From contig JAITVP010000120.1 of assembly GCA_031285725.1 (NCBI GenBank), positions 1-44,508 of the forward strand: 44,508 nt of DNA, read 5' to 3'. Both the position numbers and the translations under genes were made by a program. The notes beneath the pieces are model-generated. The model did not search any database. It was not told where the DNA came from and saw nothing but the letters and a program-made list of their open reading frames with translations. Shown here in pieces: positions 9,534 to 19,357 of this stretch; the first letter of the stretch is position 1; every line of letters begins with the position of its first letter. The DNA comes from Bacteroidales bacterium (GTDB lineage Bacteria > Bacteroidota > Bacteroidia > Bacteroidales > WCHB1-69).

Positions 9534-10409
9534 TTAATATTCATACACTACTTCTTCCACTATTTCCCCATGATATGTTCTTTTTACCGGCCAGCCATCT
9601 TCATATTCGTATGTCCATTTTAGATAATTTTCAACACCATAATTTACATATTTACTGGATGTTGGATTGTTGACTGAATGGGAAAGCACGCTATTGAATT
9701 CGTCCATAATGGAGTTGCGGAACGGATTATTATGCTGGTCATATTCGTAAAATATCGTAATTTCATTTAGGGTGGAAACGCCGCTGTATTGCGTGTGGAT
9801 TTGGGTGACGTTGCCGTTATGGTAAGTAAGTGTGGATTCCCAGTGATAAGAGCCTTTGCTGATATTATCGATTTCAATGCAAGACTGAAAGTGTTGCGTA
9901 ATATATTGATCACACGGAAATTCGGTAATATGAGACAACATTCGGGCTGTCGATTTTTCAAAAAAGCTGTCTTTACTTCCATTTCCTTGATAATCATATT
10001 GCAACAGCACCGCATTTTCGTCTTCTCGTTTTTTCATAAAAATCACCAACTTACTGTGTTTGGAGTATTCAAAAATAATTTTTTTTAACTTTTTATTCTC
10101 GTAAGCCAACTCGCCGTACATGATTTGTCCATTGCCCGTCAAGGTCATTGAGACGAGGCGTTTGTTCTTGTATTCAAAAGTCAACGAAGAACCATCTGCA
10201 TAGTCGATTTTCGATAGTTTTTTGTTGTTCCAATGCCAAACATCAATCAAGCTTTCCAATAACATATCGCTATTCTCGTCATAGTAATTTGTGGTAATTC
10301 GGGTGATTTTTTTATCGGGGCGATAAACACCATCTTTCTCTTTCTGACAGGAGATGCAAGCGAGCAGAGCAACGATAAGCGTGAAAAAGTTTCTCAAGAG
10401 TATTTTCAT
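9534..10409 (-). CDS. Hypothetical lipoprotein with repeated Y-x-Y-D/E-type motifs
   Basis: The ORF track starts at 10424. The ATG at 10409 gives MKILLRNFFTLIVALLACISCQKE (lipoprotein signal with Cys). There is no recognisable catalytic motif. Confidence 0.6.
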   Translation of the reverse strand: MKILLRNFFTLIVALLACISCQKEKDGVYRPDKKITRITTNYYDENSDMLLESLIDVWHWNNKKLSKIDYADGSSLTFEYKNKRLVSMTLTGNGQIMYGELAYENKKLKKIIFEYSKHSKLVIFMKKREDENAVLLQYDYQGNGSKDSFFEKSTARMLSHITEFPCDQYITQHFQSCIEIDNISKGSYHWESTLTYHNGNVTQIHTQYSGVSTLNEITIFYEYDQHNNPFRNSIMDEFNSVLSHSVNNPTSSKYVNYGVENYLKWTYEYEDGWPVKRTYHGEIVEEVVYEY

Positions 10410-10449
10410 ATTGCAAAAAAACACATTTTTGCATTACAAAATAGTGCGT

Positions 10450-10605
10450 ATGAGTTGGCAATATTTTTTAACTTACCTCATCTCCGGCCTTGCGATTGCT
10501 TGGTTGACCTTTCGGATAATCCGCCGTTTCCGCCGTTTTCGCAAAGGTAAAAACCAGTGCGATGGATGCAATGCGGATTGCCTGTTGCGAAATAAGTCGT
10601 CCTAA
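10450..10605 (+). CDS. Small membrane protein with a C-terminal Cys cluster (FeoB-associated Cys-rich / p12-like type)
   Basis: The internal ATG at 10450 gives MSWQYFLTYLISGLAIAWLTFRIIRRFRRFRKGKNQCDGCNADCLLRNKSS: one TM, a basic stretch, then CxxCxxxC. The track's longer 5' extension overlaps the divergent lipoprotein start. Confidence 0.55.
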   Translation: MSWQYFLTYLISGLAIAWLTFRIIRRFRRFRKGKNQCDGCNADCLLRNKSS

Positions 10606-10650
10606 GAATAGATCCACTTCGTCCAGCCACTGTTTTTCCACCATTTTTCC

Positions 10651-10658
10651 TATTTTTG
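10651..10658 (+). promoter_or_regulatory. -7 box TATTTTTG upstream of alaS
   Basis: Exact TAnnTTTG match, 28 nt upstream of the ATG at 10687. Confidence 0.45.
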
Positions 10659-10686
10659 CTTCTCATTTTTTAAAAACCATACGTTT

Positions 10687-13299
10687 ATGAATAGCAATGA
10701 TATACGTACTTCATTTTTGGATTTTTTCAGATCGAAACAACATGAGATTGTTCCTTCGGCTCCGATGGTAGTTAAAAACGACCCGACATTGATGTTCACC
10801 AATGCGGGGATGAACCCATTTAAGGAGATTTTTCTGGGTAACGCCCCAATGAAATTTCCCCGAATTGCCGATTCTCAAAAATGCTTACGCGTTTCAGGAA
10901 AACACAACGATTTGGAAGAGGTGGGAAAGGATACGTATCATCACACCATGTTTGAAATGCTCGGTAACTGGTCGTTTGGGGATTATTTTAAGAAAGAGGC
11001 AATCGAATGGGCATGGGAATTTTTGACCAATGTGTTAAAATTGGACAAAAATCGGCTCTATGCGACCATTTTCGAAGGAGATCAAGGCGATAAAACTGAA
11101 GCCGATATAGAAGCGAAAAACTATTGGTTGGAAATTTTACCGGAATCACACATCATTTTTGGGAATAAAAAAGACAACTTCTGGGAAATGGGTGACACCG
11201 GACCGTGCGGTCCTTGCTCCGAAATCCATGTGGATCTTCGTTCCGAAGAGGAGCACCAAATAGTGGATGGAGCCACACTGATCAATAAAGATCATCCGTT
11301 GGTGGTGGAGATTTGGAATCTGGTGTTTATCCAGTTTAACCGAGTGGCTTCCGGCGAGTTGCAGCCGCTGGCAAACAAGCATGTGGACACAGGCATGGGA
11401 TTTGAACGGCTCTGCATGGCCGTGCAAGGGAAAAAGTCCAACTATGACACAGACATTTTTCAACCGTTGATTCAGCGCATTGCAACACTTTCGGGAAAAA
11501 AATACGGTGAAAATGAAGAAGTTGACATTGCACAACGTGTAATCGCCGATCACCTGCGGGCGGTGAGTTTCGCCATGGCCGATGGACAATTACCCTCCAA
11601 CAATGGAGCCGGTTATGTGATCCGCCGAATCTTACGCCGGGCTATTCGTTACGGGTTCACATTTTTAAATTTCAATGAACCGTTCATATATAAATTAGTG
11701 AATGACTTGTCTTTACAGATGGGCAAACAATATCCCGAACTGAAAGCGCAACAGCAATTGATCGAAAAAGTGATCCAGGAAGAGGAGAATTCCTTTTTGC
11801 GAACGTTGGCTAATGGTATCAACAAATTTGAAAATTATGTGGAAAAAACAGTGCAAGGCAAAGTTATTGATGGTGATTTCGCTTTTGAACTGTTTGATAC
11901 GTATGGATTTCCCATCGACTTGACCCAACTAATGGCTTCTGAAAAGGGATTCACCGTGGATATGGAAGATTTCCACAAAGGATTGGAGGCGCAAAAAATG
12001 CGTTCTCGGGCAGCAGGCACCATGCAAACCGGCGACTGGGTAGAGCTGATCCCCCATTTTATGGAAGGTGAGTTTGTGGGTTATAGTCAATTGGAATGTG
12101 AAGCAAAAATTGTTAAATACCGTAAAGTGCAGTCCAAAGGAAAAGATTTTTTTCAAATTGTGTTGAATGAAACGCCATTCTATGCAGAGTCGGGCGGCCA
12201 AGTGGGCGACACCGGCTGGTTGGAGAGTGTGAATGAGAAAGTGATCATAGAAAACACGGTGAAAGAGAACAACTTAACCGTACATATCACCAAAAAAATG
12301 CCGGAAAATGTAAAGACAACCTTTGTGGCAAAGGTGAATGTTGCCAACCGGATCGCCACGCAAAACAACCACAGTGCCACCCATTTGATTCACTATGCGC
12401 TACGCAAGGTTTTGGGCACACACGTGGAGCAAAAAGGTTCGCTGGTGACCCCGGAAAGGTTACGTTTCGACTTCTCCCATTTTTCGAAAGTGACTTCGGA
12501 AGAGATTCAGAAAGTGGAGAATATGGTCAATGATTTGGTACGTTCCAACGTGAATTTGCAGGAATTTAACCATACCCCAATCGCTGAGGCACGGGAGATG
12601 GGGGCAATAGCATTGTTCGGTGAAAAATACGGCGATGAGGTACGCGTGATCCGTTTCGGCGACTCTGTAGAGCTTTGTGGCGGCACACACACGTCAGCCA
12701 CCGGCAATATTGGGTTGGTGAAGATCACTTCCGAAGGTGCAATTGCAGCCGGCATTCGTCGCATCGAAGCAGTTACCGGTAAAGAGGGAGAAAACTACGT
12801 CAACCATTTCATCTCGATGGTGGAAGATTTGAAGGAATTGTTCAAATCGTCCAATCTTTTCCAAGCCATTCAAAAGATGATGGAAGATAACGATAAAGTG
12901 AAAAAAGAGGTTGAAAATTTCCAAAAAGAGCGTGTCGCATTATTTGTGAGCGAATTGGAAAACGAACTTCCACAAACCGACGGTATCCGCACTATTAGCA
13001 AAACGGCGACCATGCTTCCGGAAGTGCTGAAACAAACCGCTTGGCAACTCCGCACCAAATTCGACAACATCGCCATCATTTTCGGTTCCGATATGGATGA
13101 CAAGGCCAACATTATCGTTGCCTTTTCCGAGGATCTGGTGGCAAAAGGTTACAATGCGGCGGCCATGGTGAAGGAAATTTCCCTCATCATCCAAGGCGGT
13201 GGCGGCGGTCAACCCGGCCTCGCCGCCGCTGGGGGCAAAAACTATCAAAATGTAGAGGATGCGGTGAATAAGATCGTGGAGAGAATTAATAGGGAATAG
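10687..13299 (+). CDS. alaS: Alanine--tRNA ligase
   Basis: 870 aa. FFRSKQHEIVPSAP...DPTLMFTNAGMNPFK...HHTMFEMLGNWSFGDYFK...GPCGPCSEIH...HSATHL...CGGTH and a C-terminal DHHA1-like GGGGGQ motif. Confidence 0.97.
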   Translation: MNSNDIRTSFLDFFRSKQHEIVPSAPMVVKNDPTLMFTNAGMNPFKEIFLGNAPMKFPRIADSQKCLRVSGKHNDLEEVGKDTYHHTMFEMLGNWSFGDYFKKEAIEWAWEFLTNVLKLDKNRLYATIFEGDQGDKTEADIEAKNYWLEILPESHIIFGNKKDNFWEMGDTGPCGPCSEIHVDLRSEEEHQIVDGATLINKDHPLVVEIWNLVFIQFNRVASGELQPLANKHVDTGMGFERLCMAVQGKKSNYDTDIFQPLIQRIATLSGKKYGENEEVDIAQRVIADHLRAVSFAMADGQLPSNNGAGYVIRRILRRAIRYGFTFLNFNEPFIYKLVNDLSLQMGKQYPELKAQQQLIEKVIQEEENSFLRTLANGINKFENYVEKTVQGKVIDGDFAFELFDTYGFPIDLTQLMASEKGFTVDMEDFHKGLEAQKMRSRAAGTMQTGDWVELIPHFMEGEFVGYSQLECEAKIVKYRKVQSKGKDFFQIVLNETPFYAESGGQVGDTGWLESVNEKVIIENTVKENNLTVHITKKMPENVKTTFVAKVNVANRIATQNNHSATHLIHYALRKVLGTHVEQKGSLVTPERLRFDFSHFSKVTSEEIQKVENMVNDLVRSNVNLQEFNHTPIAEAREMGAIALFGEKYGDEVRVIRFGDSVELCGGTHTSATGNIGLVKITSEGAIAAGIRRIEAVTGKEGENYVNHFISMVEDLKELFKSSNLFQAIQKMMEDNDKVKKEVENFQKERVALFVSELENELPQTDGIRTISKTATMLPEVLKQTAWQLRTKFDNIAIIFGSDMDDKANIIVAFSEDLVAKGYNAAAMVKEISLIIQGGGGGQPGLAAAGGKNYQNVEDAVNKIVERINRE

Positions 13300-13365
13300 G
13301 GAGATTGGGAACATGGCCTATGTCTGGATTCCTGTTATTCATTATTAACTAAGTACTATTAATGA

Positions 13366-14088
13366 TCACCGGATTCTTTCCCCGAAAATCGCTCTCAACT
13401 CCTCGTATTTTCCAAAATCCATCCATTCGTCTTGTTGATGCGGATAGCCTTGAATAGGATGGCCTTTTGCCAATTCCAGATAAAGGGGAGTGAAAGAGAG
13501 TTTTCCTTGGGGTATCAAGGGGAAAATGTCGTTTTTCACAATATGTATACCACTGAAAGCTAATGATTTGTATTCTTTTAATGGAGTAGAGATTTTCTCT
13601 TCACCGGTTTTGTGATTTTTCCATCCGGCTAAGTGCATATTATCGGAATTGAAGAGGAAATAGCGGAACGTTTGCCGATCTCGCACGGCCAAAGTAGCAA
13701 AATTTTGTTGAACAATATGATGTTGTATCAGTTTTTGTAAATCTATAGTAGATTGTATATCAACATTATATAATAAAATATGATCGGCATTTATAAAAAA
13801 ACGATCGGCATTTTTCAGTCCACCAGCGGTATCCAATAACAACTCCCGTTCATCGGAAATCTCAATAGCGACATTGAAACGGCAATTTTGCAGAAAATCA
13901 ATGATGGCGTCCGCAAAATGGTGAACATTAACAACAATATGATCAATTCCGGCATCGGAAATTTTGCGGATAGCGTTTTCGAGGAGAGTAACACCATCAA
14001 CGGAAACGAGGGCTTTGGGTTTGTTTTCGGTAAGGGGAAAGAGGCGACTGCCTAATCCCGCCGCAAAAATCATAGCGGATATTTTCAT
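13366..14088 (-). CDS. Sugar-phosphate nucleotidyltransferase family protein (MurU/GlmU-N-like)
   Basis: The ATG at 14088 gives MKISAMIFAAGLGSRLFPLTENKPKALV (G-x-G-[ST]-R-L NTP-transferase P-loop). The track start at 14130 adds 14 poorly fitting residues. Confidence 0.8.
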   Translation of the reverse strand: MKISAMIFAAGLGSRLFPLTENKPKALVSVDGVTLLENAIRKISDAGIDHIVVNVHHFADAIIDFLQNCRFNVAIEISDERELLLDTAGGLKNADRFFINADHILLYNVDIQSTIDLQKLIQHHIVQQNFATLAVRDRQTFRYFLFNSDNMHLAGWKNHKTGEEKISTPLKEYKSLAFSGIHIVKNDIFPLIPQGKLSFTPLYLELAKGHPIQGYPHQQDEWMDFGKYEELRAIFGERIR

Positions 14089-14149
14089 AATCAGGAGCAT
14101 ATATAAATCAAAAAAGCCCCTTGGGAACAAGAGACTTTTTCTGATTTTT

Positions 14150-14224
<75 letters not shown>

Positions 14225-14238
14225 CTGTTTTATGGCTG

Positions 14239-14246
14239 CAAAAGTA
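14239..14246 (-). promoter_or_regulatory. -7 box TACTTTTG (minus strand) upstream of tRNA-Met
   Basis: The + strand caaaagta is the reverse complement of TACTTTTG, 15 nt upstream of the tRNA 5' end. Confidence 0.5.
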
Positions 14247-14324
14247 TAAAAAATATTGGATTGCTCGGTTTTTTGAAATGATTTTTCTTTTTATCCAAAA
14301 AACAGGAACTCTACATCCCCTAAA

Positions 14325-15032
14325 TCACAAGCCTTGAACTCTCATTTTTATCTCTTTTTCCTCATACAAGACTTTTCCGAAATGTTTCCATTGCACAACT
14401 TCGTATTGCCCCATATAGCGAGGATACATTTGTTGAACAAACCGCTTTAGCCGAGGGCTGAAACGAAGATTGTATTTTTCACTGTAATAAAACGCATTCA
14501 CCACGCAAAGCGCTTGATTGGGATTGGGTTGATAGACGATATCGATATGCAGATCACGCAGGAAACGTTGGAAATGGATAGAGAAATGGAATTTTTTAGC
14601 TTTATAATCATAAATTATGGAGGAAAAATTGAAAAAAGCAGTGTGCGGGATGTACGTGTGCAAGTCAAAATCCAAGACCGTCTGCCCATGATTCAGTGCC
14701 CACGTGTTTTGGATATGCCATAAATCAACGTCCCCCTCCCCTACCCTAACCTTGTATCCATCGAAACTGTTTTTCCGATAATCGTGGTTTTTTAACAAAT
14801 TTTCAGTGGTTTTTTCATCGCCATCGAAGATGATGTCCAGGTCACGGCTTTTCTCTTTTCGACGAAGAAAAAAATCCCGGATAATGCCGCTGAAAAGATA
14901 TACCGCATGATCTTGTGATAGCAAATCAAGAAAATTTACACACGCTAAAGATAGATTTTCTTGCAAATAATAGTAAAATCGCTCTTCTGAGTTGTAGATA
15001 TAATGGGCTATATCAGTTAATTTTCTGGCCAC
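14325..15032 (-). CDS. Minimal Pol-beta-superfamily nucleotidyltransferase (CCA-adding/poly(A)-polymerase head-domain-like), function unknown
   Basis: 235 aa. FSGIIRDFFLRRKEKSRDLDIIF fits G-[SG]-x-x-R-[DG]-x(n)-D-h-D-h, and a third acidic motif GDVDLW follows. The only usable start is the GTG at 15032, which overlaps the dgt stop by 20 nt. No tRNA-binding body/tail domain is present. Confidence 0.6.
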   Translation of the reverse strand: MARKLTDIAHYIYNSEERFYYYLQENLSLACVNFLDLLSQDHAVYLFSGIIRDFFLRRKEKSRDLDIIFDGDEKTTENLLKNHDYRKNSFDGYKVRVGEGDVDLWHIQNTWALNHGQTVLDFDLHTYIPHTAFFNFSSIIYDYKAKKFHFSIHFQRFLRDLHIDIVYQPNPNQALCVVNAFYYSEKYNLRFSPRLKRFVQQMYPRYMGQYEVVQWKHFGKVLYEEKEIKMRVQGL

Positions 15033-16368
15033 TGATACGTTGGTATTGATTCAAAGCATATTGATCGGTCATGCCGGAGATAAAATCCACAATAACCTTC
15101 AGCTTATAATAATCACTCAGATCGTCAAACTTATCCACATTGGACTCCAATAACGCCGCTTTAATGATGCTTTTTGATATGGATGCTACTGCTTTTTCAC
15201 GAAATTTTTCCGTTTCATTGAAACAGAAATCAATGTAAAAGTCCAACAATCCGCTCAACACTGAATACCCTGTCAATTCAATGTTAGTAATCTCTTTATG
15301 AGCGTAGATCTGGGCATAACAAAAATCACTCAGATCTTTCGCTATTTGGTTTGAATCGTCAAAAATGAGTTCTTGATTGTAGTTTCCTTGGCAAATATTT
15401 TCCACATTATCTATATAATTCAACACCGTTAAATTCACCAAATATTTAATGAGTGCCAATCGGAGGTTGACCACTTTTTTATTCTCGCTGATGTCACCTT
15501 GTTTTTCTATCTCATCAATAAAATCATGAATGATCTTATTTCTTTGAAATTCCCGTTGAATAAATGGAAAATCATACCATTTTTTATTAAATGCATCCTC
15601 AATGTCCATCACCAAATAACAGATTGAATCGGCCGCCTCCATAATGTAAGACAAGGGATGACGAATATTTTTCCCATTTACCAACAAATCGCAATTTTCA
15701 ATAATCTGATCCAAAAAATCACGTTCCGATTCGAAAACTCCTCGTTTTTTACAATAAAGCGAGTCTTTAACAACATTGTCCGCATTAGGATATTTCAGGA
15801 AAGAGGCTAAGGTCGCATACGTGAGGTTCAATCCATAAATGTCATCCAAAATTTGCAATTTGGTTAATACTCGAAAACCTTGGGCGTTCCCATCAAAAAG
15901 AGTAAAATCCCGTTGCTGTGCGGAAGAAACGTCATACCTGCAATTCCCGTTCTGATCTTTCTGGGCAAACAATTTTTTGAAATAGTCTTGAATCACAAAT
16001 TCGCCAAAATGACCAAACGGGGGATTGCCAATGTCGTGAACCAGGCAAGCACTCTTGATAATGATCGGAATCTCTCGAAAAATGACTTCATTTTCCAACG
16101 TCACTTTACGTAAAAACGCTTTGTTCTGACTCAAATTCAACGCAATGGAATAACCCACCGACATCACCTCAAGGGAGTGCGTCAACCGAGAATGGATATT
16201 GTCATTGTCGGTCAACGGAAATACTTGGGTTTTGTCGTGCATTCGGCGAATGGCCGGACTAAAAATCACACGACCCAAATCGCTTTCAAACTCATTACGC
16301 AAGTCCAGTTCCTTCGTGCGGGTAGTCGGACGCAGCCGCCCAGGGTTTAAGTATTTGTGCCAATTCAT
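15013..16368 (-). CDS. dgt: dGTPase-family HD-domain triphosphohydrolase
   Basis: 451 aa. FESDLGRVIFSPAIRRMHDKTQVFPL, HSRLTHSLEV, CLVHDIGNPPFGHFGE and the C-terminal FISGMTDQYA are the canonical Dgt motifs. Confidence 0.88.
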   Translation of the reverse strand: MNWHKYLNPGRLRPTTRTKELDLRNEFESDLGRVIFSPAIRRMHDKTQVFPLTDNDNIHSRLTHSLEVMSVGYSIALNLSQNKAFLRKVTLENEVIFREIPIIIKSACLVHDIGNPPFGHFGEFVIQDYFKKLFAQKDQNGNCRYDVSSAQQRDFTLFDGNAQGFRVLTKLQILDDIYGLNLTYATLASFLKYPNADNVVKDSLYCKKRGVFESERDFLDQIIENCDLLVNGKNIRHPLSYIMEAADSICYLVMDIEDAFNKKWYDFPFIQREFQRNKIIHDFIDEIEKQGDISENKKVVNLRLALIKYLVNLTVLNYIDNVENICQGNYNQELIFDDSNQIAKDLSDFCYAQIYAHKEITNIELTGYSVLSGLLDFYIDFCFNETEKFREKAVASISKSIIKAALLESNVDKFDDLSDYYKLKVIVDFISGMTDQYALNQYQRISGQKIN

Positions 16369-16404
16369 GATGATGTTTGTTTTTATTGTTTTCCACGTGA
16401 AACA

Positions 16405-17385
16405 TTATTCACCGAACATTCTTTCAGGATGTTCCACTTTTCTCAACAATTCAGCTGTGGTTATTTTCGGGTTTTTCGGCATTTTGATCACCCGGTTTTT
16501 GTAACCCACGGTCAGTTTAGTATTTCGCAACCACGGATTCAACATCTTCATTTCCAAGTAAGTAACCTTATTATCAATAGCAAACTGATAAAGATCAGTA
16601 ATCGGTTCGGTTACCGAATAATCTTTCGTGGGGATCAGATGATATAATTCGGCATTGGTGAGCTTCACCCCGTAAGCATCTGGATGTTCGAAAATCAACT
16701 TGTACGCCAAAATTCGATACAGGTATCGCGATGTTTCTTGATTCAAACTCAAATCCCAATAATTAGACGTTTGCTGCCTCTCGAGATTCTTCTTCAATCC
16801 AGCCTCGCCCATGTTGTAAGCGGCGGCAGCCAATGTCCAACTTCCCAACCGATCCTTCGATCCTTTCAGATATTTACATGCCGCCCGGGTCGAAGCTTCC
16901 AAATCGTACCGTTCATCCACGTCCTCATTGACCGTCATGCCGAAACTCTTGGCCGTGGCTTCCAAAAATTGCCAATAACCGGTTGCCTTGGCGGGAGAGA
17001 TGACATTCTCCAGATTGCTTTCCGCCACACAAAGGTACTTGAAATCCTCTGGAACACCCGCTTCTCGCAAAATCTTCTCAATTTCCGGGAAAAAACGGGG
17101 CATCCGCTGGATCGTCTGGATCGTTTTCGAATGTTGATATGCAATGATCACTATTTCCCGCTCTAATCGCTCCCTCACCCAATAGACCTCCAGGGGAACA
17201 TTCTCCCCAGCGAAACTGATCTCCATAGGCAAATAAGGTGATGCCAATGTGTTATTGTATCGGACTACAATGTTAGGATCGTGTTTTTCAATATCTTCCT
17301 GTGTAAAAGCAAAACAAGCAAAAACCAATGATAAAATAGAGATGATGCCAGCAAAAATGAGGATGGTTTTATTTGTGATTTTCAT
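16405..17385 (-). CDS. Lytic transglycosylase (SLT domain), membrane-anchored
   Basis: 326 aa with an N-terminal TM. YLCVAESNLENVISPAKATGYWQF (catalytic E-S plus GxWQF) and AAAAYNMG are the SLT family motifs. Confidence 0.85.
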   Translation of the reverse strand: MKITNKTILIFAGIISILSLVFACFAFTQEDIEKHDPNIVVRYNNTLASPYLPMEISFAGENVPLEVYWVRERLEREIVIIAYQHSKTIQTIQRMPRFFPEIEKILREAGVPEDFKYLCVAESNLENVISPAKATGYWQFLEATAKSFGMTVNEDVDERYDLEASTRAACKYLKGSKDRLGSWTLAAAAYNMGEAGLKKNLERQQTSNYWDLSLNQETSRYLYRILAYKLIFEHPDAYGVKLTNAELYHLIPTKDYSVTEPITDLYQFAIDNKVTYLEMKMLNPWLRNTKLTVGYKNRVIKMPKNPKITTAELLRKVEHPERMFGE

Positions 17386-17434
17386 GTTTTATTTTTCCAT
17401 TTTAATCCGCTAAATCCATGTTGCCATCAGACTG

Positions 17435-19093
17435 TTAATCTTCCTTAATATTCGGCAATTCCAACCCCAGTCCTTTCTTTTTATCAACGATTTTCAACAC
17501 AAAGCCAAGGATTAATGCAGCAACGCCCAAGCAAGCCAACATAATCAACGGATTGGTGTAATTGTATGAAGTGGCTGCCACCTCGGGTGTCATCGTTTTA
17601 TCTTTCAACGCTTGCGCAATATCAGGATTTGAAGCATCCAAAATTTTCCCTATCAACAATGGGAATAGCCATAAGCCGATATTCTGAATCCAGAAAATCA
17701 AAGCGTATGCAGAACCTAATACTTTGTGATCCACAAGTTTAGGAACACTTGGCCACAATGATGCCGGTACCAACGAGAAAGATGCGCCCAAAATGAGAAT
17801 GGTGACATAAGCAACGATCACGCCGCCAATGGGACTTCCTTGAAAGAGAGGTAAAATGAAAGCAAAGGTTAAATGGCAAACAATCAGTAAAATAGATCCG
17901 ATCATTAACATCGATGCCGCTTTCCCTTTCGTATCCACATATTTACCAAGAATCGGTGTAATACCTACTGCCAACAATGGGAAAACTGCAAAAATGGTCT
18001 CTGCCGATTGACGCATGTATCCCATATAACAGAAAGTAACCAAAGCCGCAACCGACATAACTAATAAGATCGCTTTTTTGGTTCCTTTACTAAAATTACT
18101 GATAAAAGCAGTGGCCGCAACTACTAACATAATAATATATTGTATAATAGTCACCGTATTTCCTGCCCAAAAACCTTCGGCTTCAACAAATGTTAAATTA
18201 CATTGCAACATATTCACGGCATATTTTTGGAAGGGGAAAATTGCGGAATAATACAACACGCAAAGTAAAGCAACCAACCAAAAACCGGAACTTGAAAGGA
18301 TTTTACCAATATCTCTAAGTTGAAATGCTTCTTCAACTTCTTCTGCTTCGCCGGTTTGAGCATCTAACTTCTTATCCATGAAAAAATAAACGATAAACAT
18401 GATCAAAGCGATCATCAATAGAATAACGCCAAATGCTACCGCATGGGAAACGTTCGCACCGCCAAAAATATCAGTCTTAGCAATCAGCGGTGAGAAAATC
18501 ATACAAGTGGCAACGCCCAAACGCGCCAACGCCATCTCCGAACCCATTGCCATCGCCATTTCTCTCCCTTTGAACCATTTAACAATACCGCGTGAAACCG
18601 TGATTCCCGCCATTTCAACACCACAACCAAAGATCATAAAACCCACCGAGGCAAATTTAGCAGAAGCCGGCATTCCTTCATAAAAAGGAGAAACACCCAG
18701 TTCATCAAATATGGGAATATAGTTCAAATTATTTGTAAACCAAATAGATATGGATGAACTTTGAAATGCGTCCGTGACAGCATACCAATTGATACAGGCC
18801 CCGATCAGCATTACAACACCAGATAAAATAGCTGTAAAACGGACACCCATTTTATCCAAAATAATCCCGGCAAAAATCAAAAAGAAGATGAAAACGTTCA
18901 AAAATGTTTCTGAACCGGCATACGTTCCGAATGCCGTGGAATCCCAACCACGGGTTGATTGCATCAAATCCTTAATAGGCGATAAAATGTCCATGAAAAT
19001 GTAGGAACAAAACATCGCAAATGATAGTAATAACAAAGCGGTCCATCGGATCGCCGTATTATCTCTAAGTGTAGTTTTCAATTTTTCTGTCAT
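17435..19093 (-). CDS. MFS transporter (long, ~12-14 TM)
   Basis: 552 aa, hydrophobic throughout with a central hydrophilic loop (DAQTGEAEEVEE). It has MFS-like GxxxDKxGxR (GIILDKMGVRF). The substrate cannot be assigned. Confidence 0.75.
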   Translation of the reverse strand: MTEKLKTTLRDNTAIRWTALLLLSFAMFCSYIFMDILSPIKDLMQSTRGWDSTAFGTYAGSETFLNVFIFFLIFAGIILDKMGVRFTAILSGVVMLIGACINWYAVTDAFQSSSISIWFTNNLNYIPIFDELGVSPFYEGMPASAKFASVGFMIFGCGVEMAGITVSRGIVKWFKGREMAMAMGSEMALARLGVATCMIFSPLIAKTDIFGGANVSHAVAFGVILLMIALIMFIVYFFMDKKLDAQTGEAEEVEEAFQLRDIGKILSSSGFWLVALLCVLYYSAIFPFQKYAVNMLQCNLTFVEAEGFWAGNTVTIIQYIIMLVVAATAFISNFSKGTKKAILLVMSVAALVTFCYMGYMRQSAETIFAVFPLLAVGITPILGKYVDTKGKAASMLMIGSILLIVCHLTFAFILPLFQGSPIGGVIVAYVTILILGASFSLVPASLWPSVPKLVDHKVLGSAYALIFWIQNIGLWLFPLLIGKILDASNPDIAQALKDKTMTPEVAATSYNYTNPLIMLACLGVAALILGFVLKIVDKKKGLGLELPNIKED

Positions 19094-19126
19094 AATTTAT
19101 GATTTTTAAGTTTGTTATTTATTGAA

Positions 19127-19357
19127 TTAACTATCTCCCTTATCTCTTCTTTTAGAAGCTGTAATCAAGTCAAAGGATATGTATCCCAATGCTATTCCCC
19201 ATAGAGAAATTAGTATCAAATTGTTTTTCAATATATTATCAGACAGATGACCTGCCTTGTACCAATAGATGAAAGCCATTATCCAACCCAGCAACATACC
19301 GATGATATGGAATTTGGTAAGATTTTTTTTCACGAATTTATTCCAATTATCACTCAT
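19127..19357 (-). CDS. Small 2-TM membrane protein, hypothetical
   Basis: 76 aa with two hydrophobic helices. Its ATG overlaps the upstream gene's stop by 8 nt (ATGAGTGA), which suggests coupling. Confidence 0.5.
   Translation of the reverse strand: MSDNWNKFVKKNLTKFHIIGMLLGWIMAFIYWYKAGHLSDNILKNNLILISLWGIALGYISFDLITASKRRDKGDS

Noticed and set aside
10606-10686. Leader/riboswitch or T-box upstream of alaS
   Set aside because: The spacer is only 81 nt and AT-rich. It has no specifier/antiterminator-like helices and contains only a plausible -7 box.
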